Assembly (NCBI GenBank): GCA_044376115.1
Contig: JBILLK010000013.1
Span: 96,001-160,000 of the forward strand
Direction: 5' to 3'
From: Polyangiaceae bacterium
GTDB taxonomy: Bacteria; Myxococcota_A; Polyangia; Polyangiales; Polyangiaceae
DNA length: 64,000 bases
Below the pieces are notes generated by a model, which saw only the letters and a program-made list of their open reading frames with translations, was not told where the DNA came from and searched no databases. The position numbers and the translations under genes are program-made. How positions within the stretch are numbered: the stretch's first letter is position 1; each line of letters starts with the position of its first letter. Positions 46,001-55,291 of the stretch are shown one piece after another.

Positions 46001-46778
46001 TCGGCCGGTACTTAGAGGTCTTCCAGTCGTTGACGAGCTCGTAATAGACCTCGCGAGCCTTCACGAGGTCCTTCGACTGCTCGTACTCGTATGCGAGATA
46101 GTAGAGGACCTCATCACCGCAACCCGTGCTCTTGGCGGGATCTTGGGCGTTGGGCGTTTGGCACCACTTCGGGTATTGGTCCTTGAGCTGCGTGTAATAC
46201 TTAATCGCGCTCTTACGTGCAGTAGTCACTACCTGCTTGGATTTGGCGGCGGCCTCGCTAGCTGCCTTCGCCGAGGTGCTGTCCTTCTTGCGATTGGCAT
46301 CCTGCAGCAAAATGTCGTTCTCGGTGGCTTCGCGGATGGCCGCTGCCTCCAGCTCGACGTAGGCCTCGGCTAAGCGGCGCATCAGCTTCGGCCGATCGGC
46401 CGCGCCCTTCTTGGTATCCGCGTAAAGCGTTTCGAGTTGTTGAAGCTCCATAACCAGCAGTTGCAGCGTCTTCTTCTGCATCTTCGCCTGACGCTCATCG
46501 CGTTGAGCGGCCGCGGCGAGATCCGTCGGATTCGTCGGCTTGGTCGGATCGCGCTTCTTGAGACTGGGCGTAGGAGGAGCGCTTGAGAAGCTAACGTCGG
46601 CCTTCTTTGTAACAGACGCTCTCACCATCCCTTGCGGACACTCCGAGATCGCCTGTTTCGCCGCTGCGGAGATGCACTCCTGCGCATCGACGTCACCTAA
46701 TGCGAGCCCTGAAGCCAAAACGGCGCACGTAGCCGCCGCCAACCGAAGAGCTCTCGCTCGTAATCGTTGGTTCATCAT
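43062..46778 (-). CDS. Large secreted TPR protein (1238 aa), GltD/AgmU-like
   Basis: Signal peptide and many TPR repeats; size and architecture resemble the myxobacterial gliding protein AgmU/GltD, but orthology is not verified. Confidence 0.7.
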   Translation of the reverse strand: MMNQRLRARALRLAAATCAVLASGLALGDVDAQECISAAAKQAISECPQGMVRASVTKKADVSFSSAPPTPSLKKRDPTKPTNPTDLAAAAQRDERQAKMQKKTLQLLVMELQQLETLYADTKKGAADRPKLMRRLAEAYVELEAAAIREATENDILLQDANRKKDSTSAKAASEAAAKSKQVVTTARKSAIKYYTQLKDQYPKWCQTPNAQDPAKSTGCGDEVLYYLAYEYEQSKDLVKAREVYYELVNDWKTSKYRPNAYLAFGELYFQEAQSDPSVWAAAEAAYTQVISAPPPENKVYGYALYKLGYVSWNQGEYEKSIDAFKKVIDYGTKFSHLPNASQLATSARRDVIPVYALWGDPKKAYNFMKPLSGDAGGENDKTFKMMDELGMSYLDTGHYDEGIALYSELMSRDKGPQWCEYHGHITEATLAKKGGDKESIVKVISKQFAVHKEFTAGAASAEAKLKCGNITAEIASETAMAWHLEAVGSGGVRGTSDPETMKAAANLYQQIVSTFTQADFREFRFPRIVKEDWPDIIKIKYAMADLLYFQKDWAKCGPAFGSVVAEDPKGDRAAEAAFAELICYENLYRERHKAGEDRQGTGNLPGSELPARPADNERFKAKEFTADQKSMITAFNRYVCYIQPDTSNKDAFNQFIEVKFARARTYFEARHWEEAALGFRDIAMNHPDHEVGIHAAQLYLESLNIVGTHSSPPRSSCVADMGNDVPEFIKLYCDGTKKAENEEQCGTLLRIQRDVERAGAERTVAKAAETNDLELFRTGAQLYLDIWEKYGKEPCEGGQKEACARNDEVLYNAAKAFQAARLVAKAIAVRKLLINPKYNLHTTDLAKRAVWEIGANYQAIAVYDEAASWFERFASESPKDEKAAQALSDAVVLRLGLGQLEEAIKNSELFQKQFSNRAQQAAQIAFAIGAHYVDREDWRNAEKRLSGAMGQIDKNATADLQLQAHGLLGRAYNKNGNKMKARQEYDKVRGLWRDPAAAVKKLEELSAAAGEGEVQALRRLGKTLEAVGEAYFFSAEEKKAIVDTIAFPEYKGSGEKDEVKRFVGTKVKEWQEKKREAVEAADKEYQKVLGLQPVPPPRWVIAAGARVGQMKGKFVAEFRAAPIPKEWKQNGPSPYGDLLWEEIRGAYYDELDRASERDRQAARGAFKTCLDLSVKHQYFDDFSRSCEQWLSKNFPSDYHVIDEFRSAPNRVGTGINERAVPLNMNGSALTVTLAQPE

Positions 46779-46877
46779 CGTCTCCGCACGTCAGACGCTC
46801 AGCGGGCGTCAGCTTTGGGTCGGTTGGCGATGTTCGATGAGATTGCCGTTCGCTGCTAACCGCGTCGTCGGTGCGGC

Positions 46878-47201
46878 TCACCCCCTTCCTCTGCGGAGCC
46901 TCCCTGTGAGGAGCTCGAAGGTGAGGACGTGGTTGGCGAGGATGAACCACACGATGGGATAGTCGGTGCGGGTCACCCGGAGATCGCCAACGGCCGCGTT
47001 TCGCTCGACGAGGCGGTGGCCCAAGATGCCAGGCAAGCCGTGGACCACCGGGAACAACACGACGAGAAACCACACGCCCCACGCGACCATCATCGCGACG
47101 AAGGCAAGCGCCAACACGGTGCCGAACACGTGGGTCGCTACGGTGAAGGGGTGCTGATGCTCCCTCGTGAAAGGCCCTTCGTAGAACTGCCAAAACGACA
47201 T
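46878..47201 (-). CDS. DUF962/Mpo1-like membrane protein
   Basis: EHQHPFTVATHVFG and ILGHRLVERN His motifs. Confidence 0.8.
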   Translation of the reverse strand: MSFWQFYEGPFTREHQHPFTVATHVFGTVLALAFVAMMVAWGVWFLVVLFPVVHGLPGILGHRLVERNAAVGDLRVTRTDYPIVWFILANHVLTFELLTGRLRRGRG

Positions 47202-47398
47202 GAGTACCTCCACGGAGACGGTGCCACGGTCCACCCTCGTGCAGCGTTGCGTGCTCGATCAGGACGCTTTGTCGTCAGCGACAACCGAGCTGCGATGCGA
47301 CGCTGTTCGGGGCTCGCCTCGGGACTCAACCGTAGCCTACGAGCGCTGCCGACGAGCTTGGTATCGTTGTCGCACACCGCATCGCTTGGTAGTCTCCA

Positions 47399-48346
47399 TT
47401 GTCGGTGACGACAATCCGCGACCTCAACCTCTTGCACGCTCTCGACGCACTCCTTCAGGAAGAGAGCGTCACGGCCGCCGCGCGCCGGGCCCATCTCACG
47501 ACGCCAGCGATGAGCCGCGCCCTCGGTCGCCTCCGCGATGCCCTCGCCGACCCGCTGCTCGTGCGCGCCGGGAGAGGCATGGTGCTCACTCCCTACGCGG
47601 TCTCCCTCCGCGAGCGCGTTCACGCGGCGCGCTCCGAGGCCAACGGCCTGCTCGGCCCAGCGACCCACGCCGCGATTAACGAGGTCGAGCGCACGCTCGT
47701 CATTCGCGCCAGCGACGCCGTCGCGGGGCTCCTCGCGGCGCCCCTCCACGCTCGGCTCGCGGTGGAGGCGCCGAGGCTGACGGTGCGTTTCGCTCCAGAG
47801 GGGGAAGAAGATGCGGCGGCTCTGCGTGACGGCCGCGTCGATCTCGATGTCGGCGTCGTCGATCTCGCCGAGCCCGAGCTCCGCACCCGCGTGCTCTTTC
47901 GCGACGCTTTCACCTTCATGGTCCGCCGGGGCCACCCGCTCGAGCGGGGCAAGCTCACCGCTCAACGGCTCGCCGCCGCGGCCCACGTCGTCGTAACCCG
48001 CAAAGGGCGCGCGCGCGGGCCGATCGATCGCGCGCTCGACGACCTCGGTCTGCAACGTCACGTCGCGGCCATCGTCCCGACGTTCTTCGCCGCCTTGTTC
48101 GCCGCGGCACGCTCCGACCTCGTCGCGGCGGTGCCTCGTTCCGTCGCAACGGAGGCCGCGACCGTCCTCCCGCTCCGCGCGCTCCGCGCTCCGCTGGAGC
48201 TCCCGCCCATCAGCGTGTCGCTGCTCTGGCACCCTCGTCACGACCACGACCCCGCGCACCGTTGGCTGCGCGAGCGCGTGCTCGACGTGGGGCTCACGTT
48301 GCAGACAGCCAGAAAGAATGTCGATAGGCCCGAGATAGCAGGCTAG
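47399..48346 (+). CDS. LysR-family transcriptional regulator
   Basis: DLNLLHALDALLQEESVTAAARRAHLTTPAMSRALGRLR..DPLLVRAGRGMVLTP; divergent from the DUF962 gene. Confidence 0.95.
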   Translation: MSVTTIRDLNLLHALDALLQEESVTAAARRAHLTTPAMSRALGRLRDALADPLLVRAGRGMVLTPYAVSLRERVHAARSEANGLLGPATHAAINEVERTLVIRASDAVAGLLAAPLHARLAVEAPRLTVRFAPEGEEDAAALRDGRVDLDVGVVDLAEPELRTRVLFRDAFTFMVRRGHPLERGKLTAQRLAAAAHVVVTRKGRARGPIDRALDDLGLQRHVAAIVPTFFAALFAAARSDLVAAVPRSVATEAATVLPLRALRAPLELPPISVSLLWHPRHDHDPAHRWLRERVLDVGLTLQTARKNVDRPEIAG

Positions 48347-48372
48347 CGATTCGTTCGCGAAAGTGCGGTCTC

Positions 48373-49689
48373 GTGCGTTACCCTGGGCCTGTGCACGCTC
48401 CGGGGATGCTTGTCACGCCCAACGTTCGCCTTACGCGACCGCTCCAGCAAGGCGGCATGGGCGAGGTGTGGCTCGCGGAGCACCTCGGGCTACGGACCAA
48501 CGTCGTCGTCAAGTTCTTGGGCCCCGGGATCGCGCGTGACTCGCAAGGGCTCGCGCGCTTTCAGCGCGAAGCTGCGGCCGCGTCGCAGGTGAAGAGCCCG
48601 CACGTCGTTCAGACGTTCGACTTCGGGGTGACGCAGTCGGGGGAGGCCTACATCGTGATGGAGCATCTCGAGGGGATGGACCTCTCAACCATGCTCAAGG
48701 GTCGCGCCCTCCCGCTGGAGGAGGTAGCCAAGATCGTCCGAGGCGTCGCACGCGCACTCCAGAAAGCCCACGAACGCGGGATCGTTCATCGGGACATCAA
48801 GCCTTCCAACGTCTTTCTTTGTGATGCGGGCGGAGGTGAGCCGTTCGTCAAGCTGCTCGACTTCGGGATCGCCAAAGGGTTGGATGAAGACAATCCGTTG
48901 ACCCGGACGGGAGACGTCGTCGGAACACCTTCCTATATGAGCCCCGAACAGCTCAACGGCGAGCGAGACATCGACCATCGCTCGGATCTTTGGTCACTCG
49001 GGGTATTGGCCTATCGCGCGGCGGTTGGTTCTGCGCCGTTTCGCGGCGACAGCGTTGCGGTCATCGCGGTTGCCGTGGTCTCGGCTCCGATCCCCGTGCC
49101 TTCGCAGCAACGTCCAGGGCTCCCACCAGCGTTCGACCAGTGGTTCGCGAGGACGTGTTCACGCGATCGGGCGCAACGCTGGCCCTCTGCCTCGGCGCTT
49201 TCGGACGCGCTTTGGTTCGCCGCCACGGGTCAAATCCCACCCGCCCAGGCCTCCTGGTCAGGCGGCATGCCGGCCTTCTCGCCGGCATTGGCTGCGGAGC
49301 AGACGGGGCGGAGCCGTGGGACCTCCGTCGTTAGCATCCACGGTGAAAAACCGCGCGCGGGAGTGCGACCGCTCACCGTGGCACTAGCCGGTGCTGGCTT
49401 GCTTGGGAGCCTGACGTTGGCCTTTGCCTACGGTCGAAGTACCAGCACCACACCGCAGACGCCGGTGCTGCTCGCCAAGACCACGGTTGAAGAAGCGCCC
49501 GAGTTGCCCCCCGCCGTCTCACAAGCTCCAATGCCTTCCGCATCGGCGCCGCCCTCCGCCACACCAGCGTTGCCAGCCGTCGAAAGCACGCTGGCCATTC
49601 AAAGCGCAGCTCCCCCAACGACAGCGCCGCCCCGACCCAAGACGACGGTGCGCGCGCCCCGCCCAAACCCCGACGATCTAGGATTTTGA
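48373..49689 (+). CDS. Ser/Thr protein kinase (Pkn2-type) with TM segment
   Basis: GGMGEVW, VVVK, HRDIKPSN, DFG, GTPSYMSPE, DLWSLG. Confidence 0.95.
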   Translation: MRYPGPVHAPGMLVTPNVRLTRPLQQGGMGEVWLAEHLGLRTNVVVKFLGPGIARDSQGLARFQREAAAASQVKSPHVVQTFDFGVTQSGEAYIVMEHLEGMDLSTMLKGRALPLEEVAKIVRGVARALQKAHERGIVHRDIKPSNVFLCDAGGGEPFVKLLDFGIAKGLDEDNPLTRTGDVVGTPSYMSPEQLNGERDIDHRSDLWSLGVLAYRAAVGSAPFRGDSVAVIAVAVVSAPIPVPSQQRPGLPPAFDQWFARTCSRDRAQRWPSASALSDALWFAATGQIPPAQASWSGGMPAFSPALAAEQTGRSRGTSVVSIHGEKPRAGVRPLTVALAGAGLLGSLTLAFAYGRSTSTTPQTPVLLAKTTVEEAPELPPAVSQAPMPSASAPPSATPALPAVESTLAIQSAAPPTTAPPRPKTTVRAPRPNPDDLGF

Positions 49690-50630
49690 TGCGCGGCATT
49701 CGGGCAGCATTGACCGTGATTTTCCTAAGCGTCTCTTTGCTGAGTGCCAGCGACGTACTGGCGCAGTCCCCACCCACAGCGGCGCAGAAAGAAAGCGCGA
49801 GGAGCCTCGTCCTCTCGGGTCGCAAGTATCGAGAGCAGGGCAAGAAGCAAGCCGCGCTAGACGATTTCTCGGCGGCCTGGGCGCTCGTCAAGAACGCGAC
49901 CACCGGGCACGAGCTGGGCAAGCAACAGTCTGAGATGGGCCTGCTGGTAGAGGCCCGCGACACGCTGCTCGAGGTCGGGCGGCTGCCGGTGGAGAGCCCG
50001 GAGAACAGTGCTCTCGCGAAGGCGCGCAGCGACGCGAAGAGCCTGGCCGACTCGCTGGCCACCTCGATTCCCACGCTCAAGATCGTCATCCAAGGTGCGG
50101 ACCAGCGACTCTCGGTCGAAGTCCTGCTCGACGACCACAGCGTGAGCTCCGAGCTCCTGGCGACACCACTCAAGGTGAACCCAGGAACCCATCGGGTGGT
50201 CGTGCGACAGGGAGCGCGCTCCAAAGTCGTGGAGACGCTGATCGCTCGCGCGGAGGAGAAGGAGCTGAGAGTCGTGCTCCCCGAGGCTGAGAGCGTTGGG
50301 ACCCATGGCGTTCATTGGCTCACCTGGACCGGGCTCTCCTTGGTCGTGGGCGGCGGCGTGGCGGGAGGCGTCACAGGCGCGCTCGCGCTCGACCGAGCCA
50401 ACGAGGTGGCTGCTGGATGCCCGGCCGGTCAATGTCCGCCAGCGCTCCACGACACGCTGGACAGCGCCAACGCGCTCGCGATTGGATCGACCGTCAGCTT
50501 CGCCGTCGGCGGAGCTGGACTCGCTGCGATGGTCGTCGGTTTGTTCCTCCCCACGAGTCAGAACTCGAGCCAGGACGTCACCTTTCGCGTCGGTCCTAGC
50601 TGGGTTGGTGTTCAATGGAGCGTCCAATGA
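49689..50630 (+). CDS. TPR + PEGA-like membrane protein
   Basis: N-terminal TPR, VNPGTHRVVVR, two C-terminal hydrophobic helices; coupled to the kinase. Confidence 0.8.
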   Translation: MRGIRAALTVIFLSVSLLSASDVLAQSPPTAAQKESARSLVLSGRKYREQGKKQAALDDFSAAWALVKNATTGHELGKQQSEMGLLVEARDTLLEVGRLPVESPENSALAKARSDAKSLADSLATSIPTLKIVIQGADQRLSVEVLLDDHSVSSELLATPLKVNPGTHRVVVRQGARSKVVETLIARAEEKELRVVLPEAESVGTHGVHWLTWTGLSLVVGGGVAGGVTGALALDRANEVAAGCPAGQCPPALHDTLDSANALAIGSTVSFAVGGAGLAAMVVGLFLPTSQNSSQDVTFRVGPSWVGVQWSVQ

Positions 50631-51979
50631 GGCCCGCACTCGTAGCTGTCCTTTTGTCCGCGGCCGCCTGCAACGTCTTCGCGGGGCTAACCGACTACGA
50701 GAAGGTCCAGAGTGCGCCGAGCGGCGGTGGCGGCAGCGGTGGTGGTAGCGGCGGTGGCCAAACCACTATCGGTGCCGCGGCCTTGGTCGTCGCGGGTCCA
50801 ACCGGAAGCTGCATCACGAACGAGCTCAACGAGGGCTACTGTTGGGGCCTCTACCCAGGGAAGGAAGGCGTTTCTTTCTCGGCCGACCCGATCAAGCTGG
50901 ACGTGCCGGGGGCTGTGATCAGCATCGTCATCGGCGCGCATCATCGCTGTGCTCAGGTGGGCGAAATCATGGACGGCGAGGTGCTTTCCACCGACCTCTA
51001 CTGCTGGGGTGAAAACACCCGCGGTCAACTTGGCGACGGCACCAAGCTAGCGAGCACCAAGCCCGTAAAAGCCGACATCGCTGGCGTCCTGTTCGATCGC
51101 TGGTCGAGTGGGCACTCTCACGTTTGTGCGGCGCCCATCGATGGAGGGGCGCTCTATTGCTGGGGTGCCAACGATCGCGGACAGCTGGGCCTCGGGAACT
51201 TCGACGATGCGTTGGCGCCGACACTGGTGCCTTTGCCGGACTTGGAGGGCGGCGGTGGCGCAGGTGGTGCGGGCGGTGCGGGCGGTGCGGGCGGTGCGGG
51301 CAGCGCGACGTGGAACGGGATTCTCTCCGCAGGAAGTCAGCACACTTGCGCGATCGTGCGGCGCGACGGGGCCGAGTCGAGCTACTGCTGGGGAGACAAC
51401 ACCACGGCTCAACTCGGGCGGATGCCGAGTGCGGTCGAGTTCTCGAGCGAGCCGCTCCTCGTCGACGACAGCGCCGCGCTCGCCGCTGGCTTCGATCACT
51501 TCGACCGCGTGTTCGCCGGCGGACGCCACACCTGCGCGCGCGCGGGCTCCTCGAGCAAGCCGGTCTTCTGTTGGGGAGCAAACGAGGTCGGCCAGCTTGG
51601 GACGGGAAGTGCGGCGCAATTTCAGCCGCAGGCCACCCGCGTCGACATCCCAGAAATCAACACCCTCTACATGGGACTCGACCACACCTGCGCCTCGGTG
51701 GAAGAGGCTCCTGGCGAATTTCTCGTGTTCTGCTGGGGGGCCAACGACAAAGGCCAAGCCAACCTGGTGGCTGACACGTTCAGCACGACGCCAGCGCTGA
51801 TCGAGTTCGGGACCGTTGCGAACTTTGCTGCCACCAAGGGCGACCACGCCTGCGCGATCTCGCTCGCGGGCGACCTGCTGTGTTGGGGTGCCAACGAGTA
51901 CGCTCAACTTGGACTAGGGACGACGACTCCGTTCGAGCGCAGCCCGACCATCGTCATCCCCGCTCCCTCGTCTCCCTGA
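50627..51979 (+). CDS. RCC1-repeat lipoprotein
   Basis: AAA-C; CWGENTRGQLGDG and CWGANDRGQLGLG repeats; ggtgcgggc x4 Gly/Ala insert near 51265-51301. Confidence 0.9.
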   Translation: MRPALVAVLLSAAACNVFAGLTDYEKVQSAPSGGGGSGGGSGGGQTTIGAAALVVAGPTGSCITNELNEGYCWGLYPGKEGVSFSADPIKLDVPGAVISIVIGAHHRCAQVGEIMDGEVLSTDLYCWGENTRGQLGDGTKLASTKPVKADIAGVLFDRWSSGHSHVCAAPIDGGALYCWGANDRGQLGLGNFDDALAPTLVPLPDLEGGGGAGGAGGAGGAGGAGSATWNGILSAGSQHTCAIVRRDGAESSYCWGDNTTAQLGRMPSAVEFSSEPLLVDDSAALAAGFDHFDRVFAGGRHTCARAGSSSKPVFCWGANEVGQLGTGSAAQFQPQATRVDIPEINTLYMGLDHTCASVEEAPGEFLVFCWGANDKGQANLVADTFSTTPALIEFGTVANFAATKGDHACAISLAGDLLCWGANEYAQLGLGTTTPFERSPTIVIPAPSSP

Positions 51980-52152
51980 GAACGACTCGCGACGGCAACC
52001 TTGCGCCGTCGCAAAGCTGCACACCAAGCACCAACGACGAGCAAACGCGCGACGGATTGTTCAAGCAGCGGACAAGCCTTGCGACCAATGCCGCGTTTGA
52101 ACGGTCGCTGCGTGGCTCGCGAGCTTGGCACGAAACCCGCTCTGGGCGGTCC

Positions 52153-53310
52153 ATGCACGTCTCCACACGGTCCCGCTTTTGCCATAGGCCCCAGTCGACG
52201 CGCTCCCCGCGCGACGTCAGCGCTCGCTGGGGTATCGCGCTGTGCACGCTCTTGCTGGCCTGCGACGAGGACGCAGCCACTGGAGGAAGCGGCGCAAACG
52301 GCAGCACGAGCGGCTCAGAAGCTAGCGGCGGAACGAGCAGTAGCAACGGCTCGGGCAGTACGAGCGCAAACGGCGGAACCAGCAGCACCGGCGGAAACGG
52401 CGGGAACGGAGCAGGCGCGGGCGCGGCAACCAGCGGCACCGGTCAGGAGGTTGGCTCCTCGGTGACGAGCGGACCGAACACCGGTGTCGGAGGTGGACCG
52501 GCTGGCTGCCCTGCGCAGGCGCTGACGCCGGGGCTGCACGAGGCGACCATCAGCTTCGACGGTAAGACGCGAAGCTACGAGGTGCAGGTCCCAGCCTCGT
52601 ACGACAACAGCGCGCCCATCCCGCTGGTGTTTGATCTCCACGGCCTAGCAAGCTCTGCAACGCAGCAGCAGTTCATCAGCGGTTGGTCGAGCGTGGCGGA
52701 AGCGAACGGCTTCGCCGTCGTGCGCCCAAGCGGGTACGGAGGATTTCCTTCCTGGAACGGAGGAAGCACCTGTTGCGGGCAAGCGCTGAGCGAAGGTCTC
52801 GATGACGTCGGGTTGATGCTCGCGATCGTGGAGGCGATCGACGCAAGCGTTTGCATCGATGCGAAGCGGATCTACGCCAGCGGCCTGAGCAACGGCGGTG
52901 CAATGACCCACCGCCTAGGCTGCGACGCGGCGGAGGTCTTCGCCGCGATCGCACCGGTCGCCTACCCCATCGCGTACCTGCCGATGAGTCTCTGCCAACC
53001 GTCCCGTCCAATGCCCGTCATGCACAGCCACGGGACGAACGACACCACCGTCCCGTACAGCGGCAGTTTCGGCATTGCGTCCGCCAGCGACAGCTTCGAA
53101 CAATGGGCTGAGCTCGACGGTTGTAGCGGCGACCCCGTAGAGACGTACAGCAAGGGCGACAGCCACTGCGACACCTACGAGAACTGCCAACAAGGGGCCG
53201 AGGTCACGCTGTGCACGATCAAGGGCCCGCATCTGCTTTACAGCAACAGCGACGATGTACCGATCGCAGAGCTGGCCTGGGCCTTCTTCGAAGCGCACCC
53301 GATGCCCTGA
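52153..53310 (+). CDS. LpqC/PHB depolymerase-like esterase lipoprotein
   Basis: PLVFDLHG, GLSNGG nucleophile motif, HGTNDTTVPY, Gly/Ser linker. Start uncertain. Confidence 0.88.
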   Translation: MHVSTRSRFCHRPQSTRSPRDVSARWGIALCTLLLACDEDAATGGSGANGSTSGSEASGGTSSSNGSGSTSANGGTSSTGGNGGNGAGAGAATSGTGQEVGSSVTSGPNTGVGGGPAGCPAQALTPGLHEATISFDGKTRSYEVQVPASYDNSAPIPLVFDLHGLASSATQQQFISGWSSVAEANGFAVVRPSGYGGFPSWNGGSTCCGQALSEGLDDVGLMLAIVEAIDASVCIDAKRIYASGLSNGGAMTHRLGCDAAEVFAAIAPVAYPIAYLPMSLCQPSRPMPVMHSHGTNDTTVPYSGSFGIASASDSFEQWAELDGCSGDPVETYSKGDSHCDTYENCQQGAEVTLCTIKGPHLLYSNSDDVPIAELAWAFFEAHPMP

Positions 53311-53411
53311 CGGCGGCGCTATTCGGCGGTCATTCGGTCGCCGCTTCGCTCGATTGAGGCGCGCTGCCGATGGGAGAGGTTCGGTGATGCAACCGACGCC
53401 CCGAGCGTGCC

Positions 53412-53630
53412 TTAGGCCGTTGGATGAACCGACGCATCACTGCGTCCAAGTGCAAAGCCCACACGAGCGATCAGGAAAATGACGCCGGCGATGAGGCAGA
53501 TGTTGCTAGCGGAGAGGAGCGGCAGCGTGGCTGGACGCTCGATGCTGTCTGCACCCAGGAAGGCGAAGACGAACGACGCAAGGAACAGCGCTCCGGCACA
53601 GATGCTCAAGAGTTTGTTGAAGGCGCGCAT
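53412..53630 (-). CDS. Small 2-TM membrane protein
   Basis: Two hydrophobic helices; AGGAAGG RBS. Confidence 0.55.
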   Translation of the reverse strand: MRAFNKLLSICAGALFLASFVFAFLGADSIERPATLPLLSASNICLIAGVIFLIARVGFALGRSDASVHPTA

Positions 53631-53743
53631 CGGCGACCTTCCTACTGGCGTTTGGCGGCTGGCGGAAGGGGCTGAAGGACCGAAGCCGATGGCTCCACGT
53701 TTGCGGCCACGCTACCCACGATGAGGATGGTAGATGTTGGGTA

Positions 53744-54289
53744 ATGCAACCGCCGCCCCAGGGTCCGTGGGACCCGAACAACCCGCACGCGCAGAACCCC
53801 TACGCGCAGAACCCGCAGGCGCAGAACCCGTACGCGCAGAGCCCGCAGGCGCAGAACCCCTACGTACAGAACCCGTACGCGCCGCCCCAAGCGGGGCCGA
53901 ATCCTTACGCGCAGCAGGGCTGGGGGCCGCCGGGGTATGGCCCGCCTTTCGACCCGCGAGAGGTCCAAGGGAGGCTCGACAATCTCAACAAGATGAGCTT
54001 CGCCTTCGGGGTCCCCGGCCTCATGCTCCAGGTCGTCGGCAACATGTCCGCGGAGTTTGTTGGCGGCGGGATTTCCACGCTCATCTCGCTCAGCGGCTCG
54101 GTGCTGCTCATCGTGGGGCTCGGCTATTACGCGATGTCGCGAGGGCACAGCAAATGGTTCGGAGCGCTCGGCTTCCTGTCGTGCATCGGGCTCATCGTGC
54201 TCGCGCTGCTGCCGAAAAAGTGCCTGGTCTGCACCGGCCCGGTGCAGAGAGCCTTCTGTCAGCGCTGCGGCGCGCCCGGTGCGAAGTAG
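53744..54289 (+). CDS. Membrane protein with Q/N/P/Y-rich pentapeptide repeats and a C-terminal zinc ribbon
   Basis: 15-bp tandem x7 at 53776-53880 (QNPYA/QNPQA); 3 TM; CxxC-x9-CxxC. Confidence 0.8.
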   Translation: MQPPPQGPWDPNNPHAQNPYAQNPQAQNPYAQSPQAQNPYVQNPYAPPQAGPNPYAQQGWGPPGYGPPFDPREVQGRLDNLNKMSFAFGVPGLMLQVVGNMSAEFVGGGISTLISLSGSVLLIVGLGYYAMSRGHSKWFGALGFLSCIGLIVLALLPKKCLVCTGPVQRAFCQRCGAPGAK

Positions 54290-54304
54290 TCGTCAGGGGC
54301 ACGC

Positions 54305-55291
54305 ATGAAGGTGATGGCAGGGTTGACGCGGGCGGTGGTCGACGCTGCACAATCGGAAGGGGTCGACCTCGCGGACTTGCTGGAGAGCTTTGGCGTGAGT
54401 CGGGAGACGCTCGACCGCGCCGATGCATGGGTTCCCGTCGAGCTGCACGAGGCGATCTGGCAGGCGGCTGCAGAGCGCACCGGTCGACGGGAGCTTGGGA
54501 TTTGGATGGCCGCTCGCTTTCCGCCTGGTTTGACCGGCGTCGTCGAATACATCCTGCGCAGCTGCGCGACGGTACGGGACGCCGCCGATTCGTGGTGCCG
54601 GCTCGCAAACTTGGTTTCACCGTGCATCGAGAGCGAGCTTTTGACGGAGGGAAAGGGCATTCGCTTGGTGTGGCGGCTGCTTCGACCGGAGACCTCGGCT
54701 ACGCGTGTTTGGGCTGAGTTCGCGCTGGGCCGGACGGTACGGCTGCTGCGCGAGGCGATCGACGATCCCGAGCTCGCTCCGCTGCGGGTCGAGTTCTCGC
54801 ATCAAGCGCCAGCGGAGGTAACGCTCGCGAGCTACGAGAGCTTCTTCGGCTGTCCCGCCGTGTTTGGCTGCTCGGACTATGCGACGGTGTGGGCGCCAAC
54901 GATCGCATCGCGCCGCCTCAAAGGGGTCGACCCTGTGATGCGAGCCACGCTCGAGGCGCGCGCAGTGGATCTGTCTGCGGGCTCGAACGCCTTCCGCGAT
55001 AGCGTCCTTCACGAGGTGCGGTCGCTGCTGTTCGCTTCACCCAACGGCGTGACGCTCGCGGCCGTCGCACAAAGGCTCGATCTGTCGGCGCGGTCGCTGC
55101 AGCGCCGACTCGAGCGCGAAGGGTTCAACTTGCGAAGCCTGACCGACGACGTGCGGCGCGTCGAATACGCGAGACTGGAGAGCACGCTGACCCAGGCTGC
55201 GATCGCCGAACGCCTGGGTTTCGTCGACGCTTCTGCGCTGCGCAAGGCGCGCAAACGCTGGGAGCAGTCAACGCGGGACAAACTTTCGTAG
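54305..55291 (+). CDS. AraC-family regulator (Arabinose_bd_2 type)
   Basis: LRVEFSHQAP..YESFFGCP; VAQRLDLSARSLQRRL; IAERLGFVDASAL. Confidence 0.9.
   Translation: MKVMAGLTRAVVDAAQSEGVDLADLLESFGVSRETLDRADAWVPVELHEAIWQAAAERTGRRELGIWMAARFPPGLTGVVEYILRSCATVRDAADSWCRLANLVSPCIESELLTEGKGIRLVWRLLRPETSATRVWAEFALGRTVRLLREAIDDPELAPLRVEFSHQAPAEVTLASYESFFGCPAVFGCSDYATVWAPTIASRRLKGVDPVMRATLEARAVDLSAGSNAFRDSVLHEVRSLLFASPNGVTLAAVAQRLDLSARSLQRRLEREGFNLRSLTDDVRRVEYARLESTLTQAAIAERLGFVDASALRKARKRWEQSTRDKLS

Noticed and set aside
48373..51979. Kinase-PEGA-RCC1 operon as a novel system
   Set aside because: A common module in myxobacterial genomes; nothing unusual is visible here.
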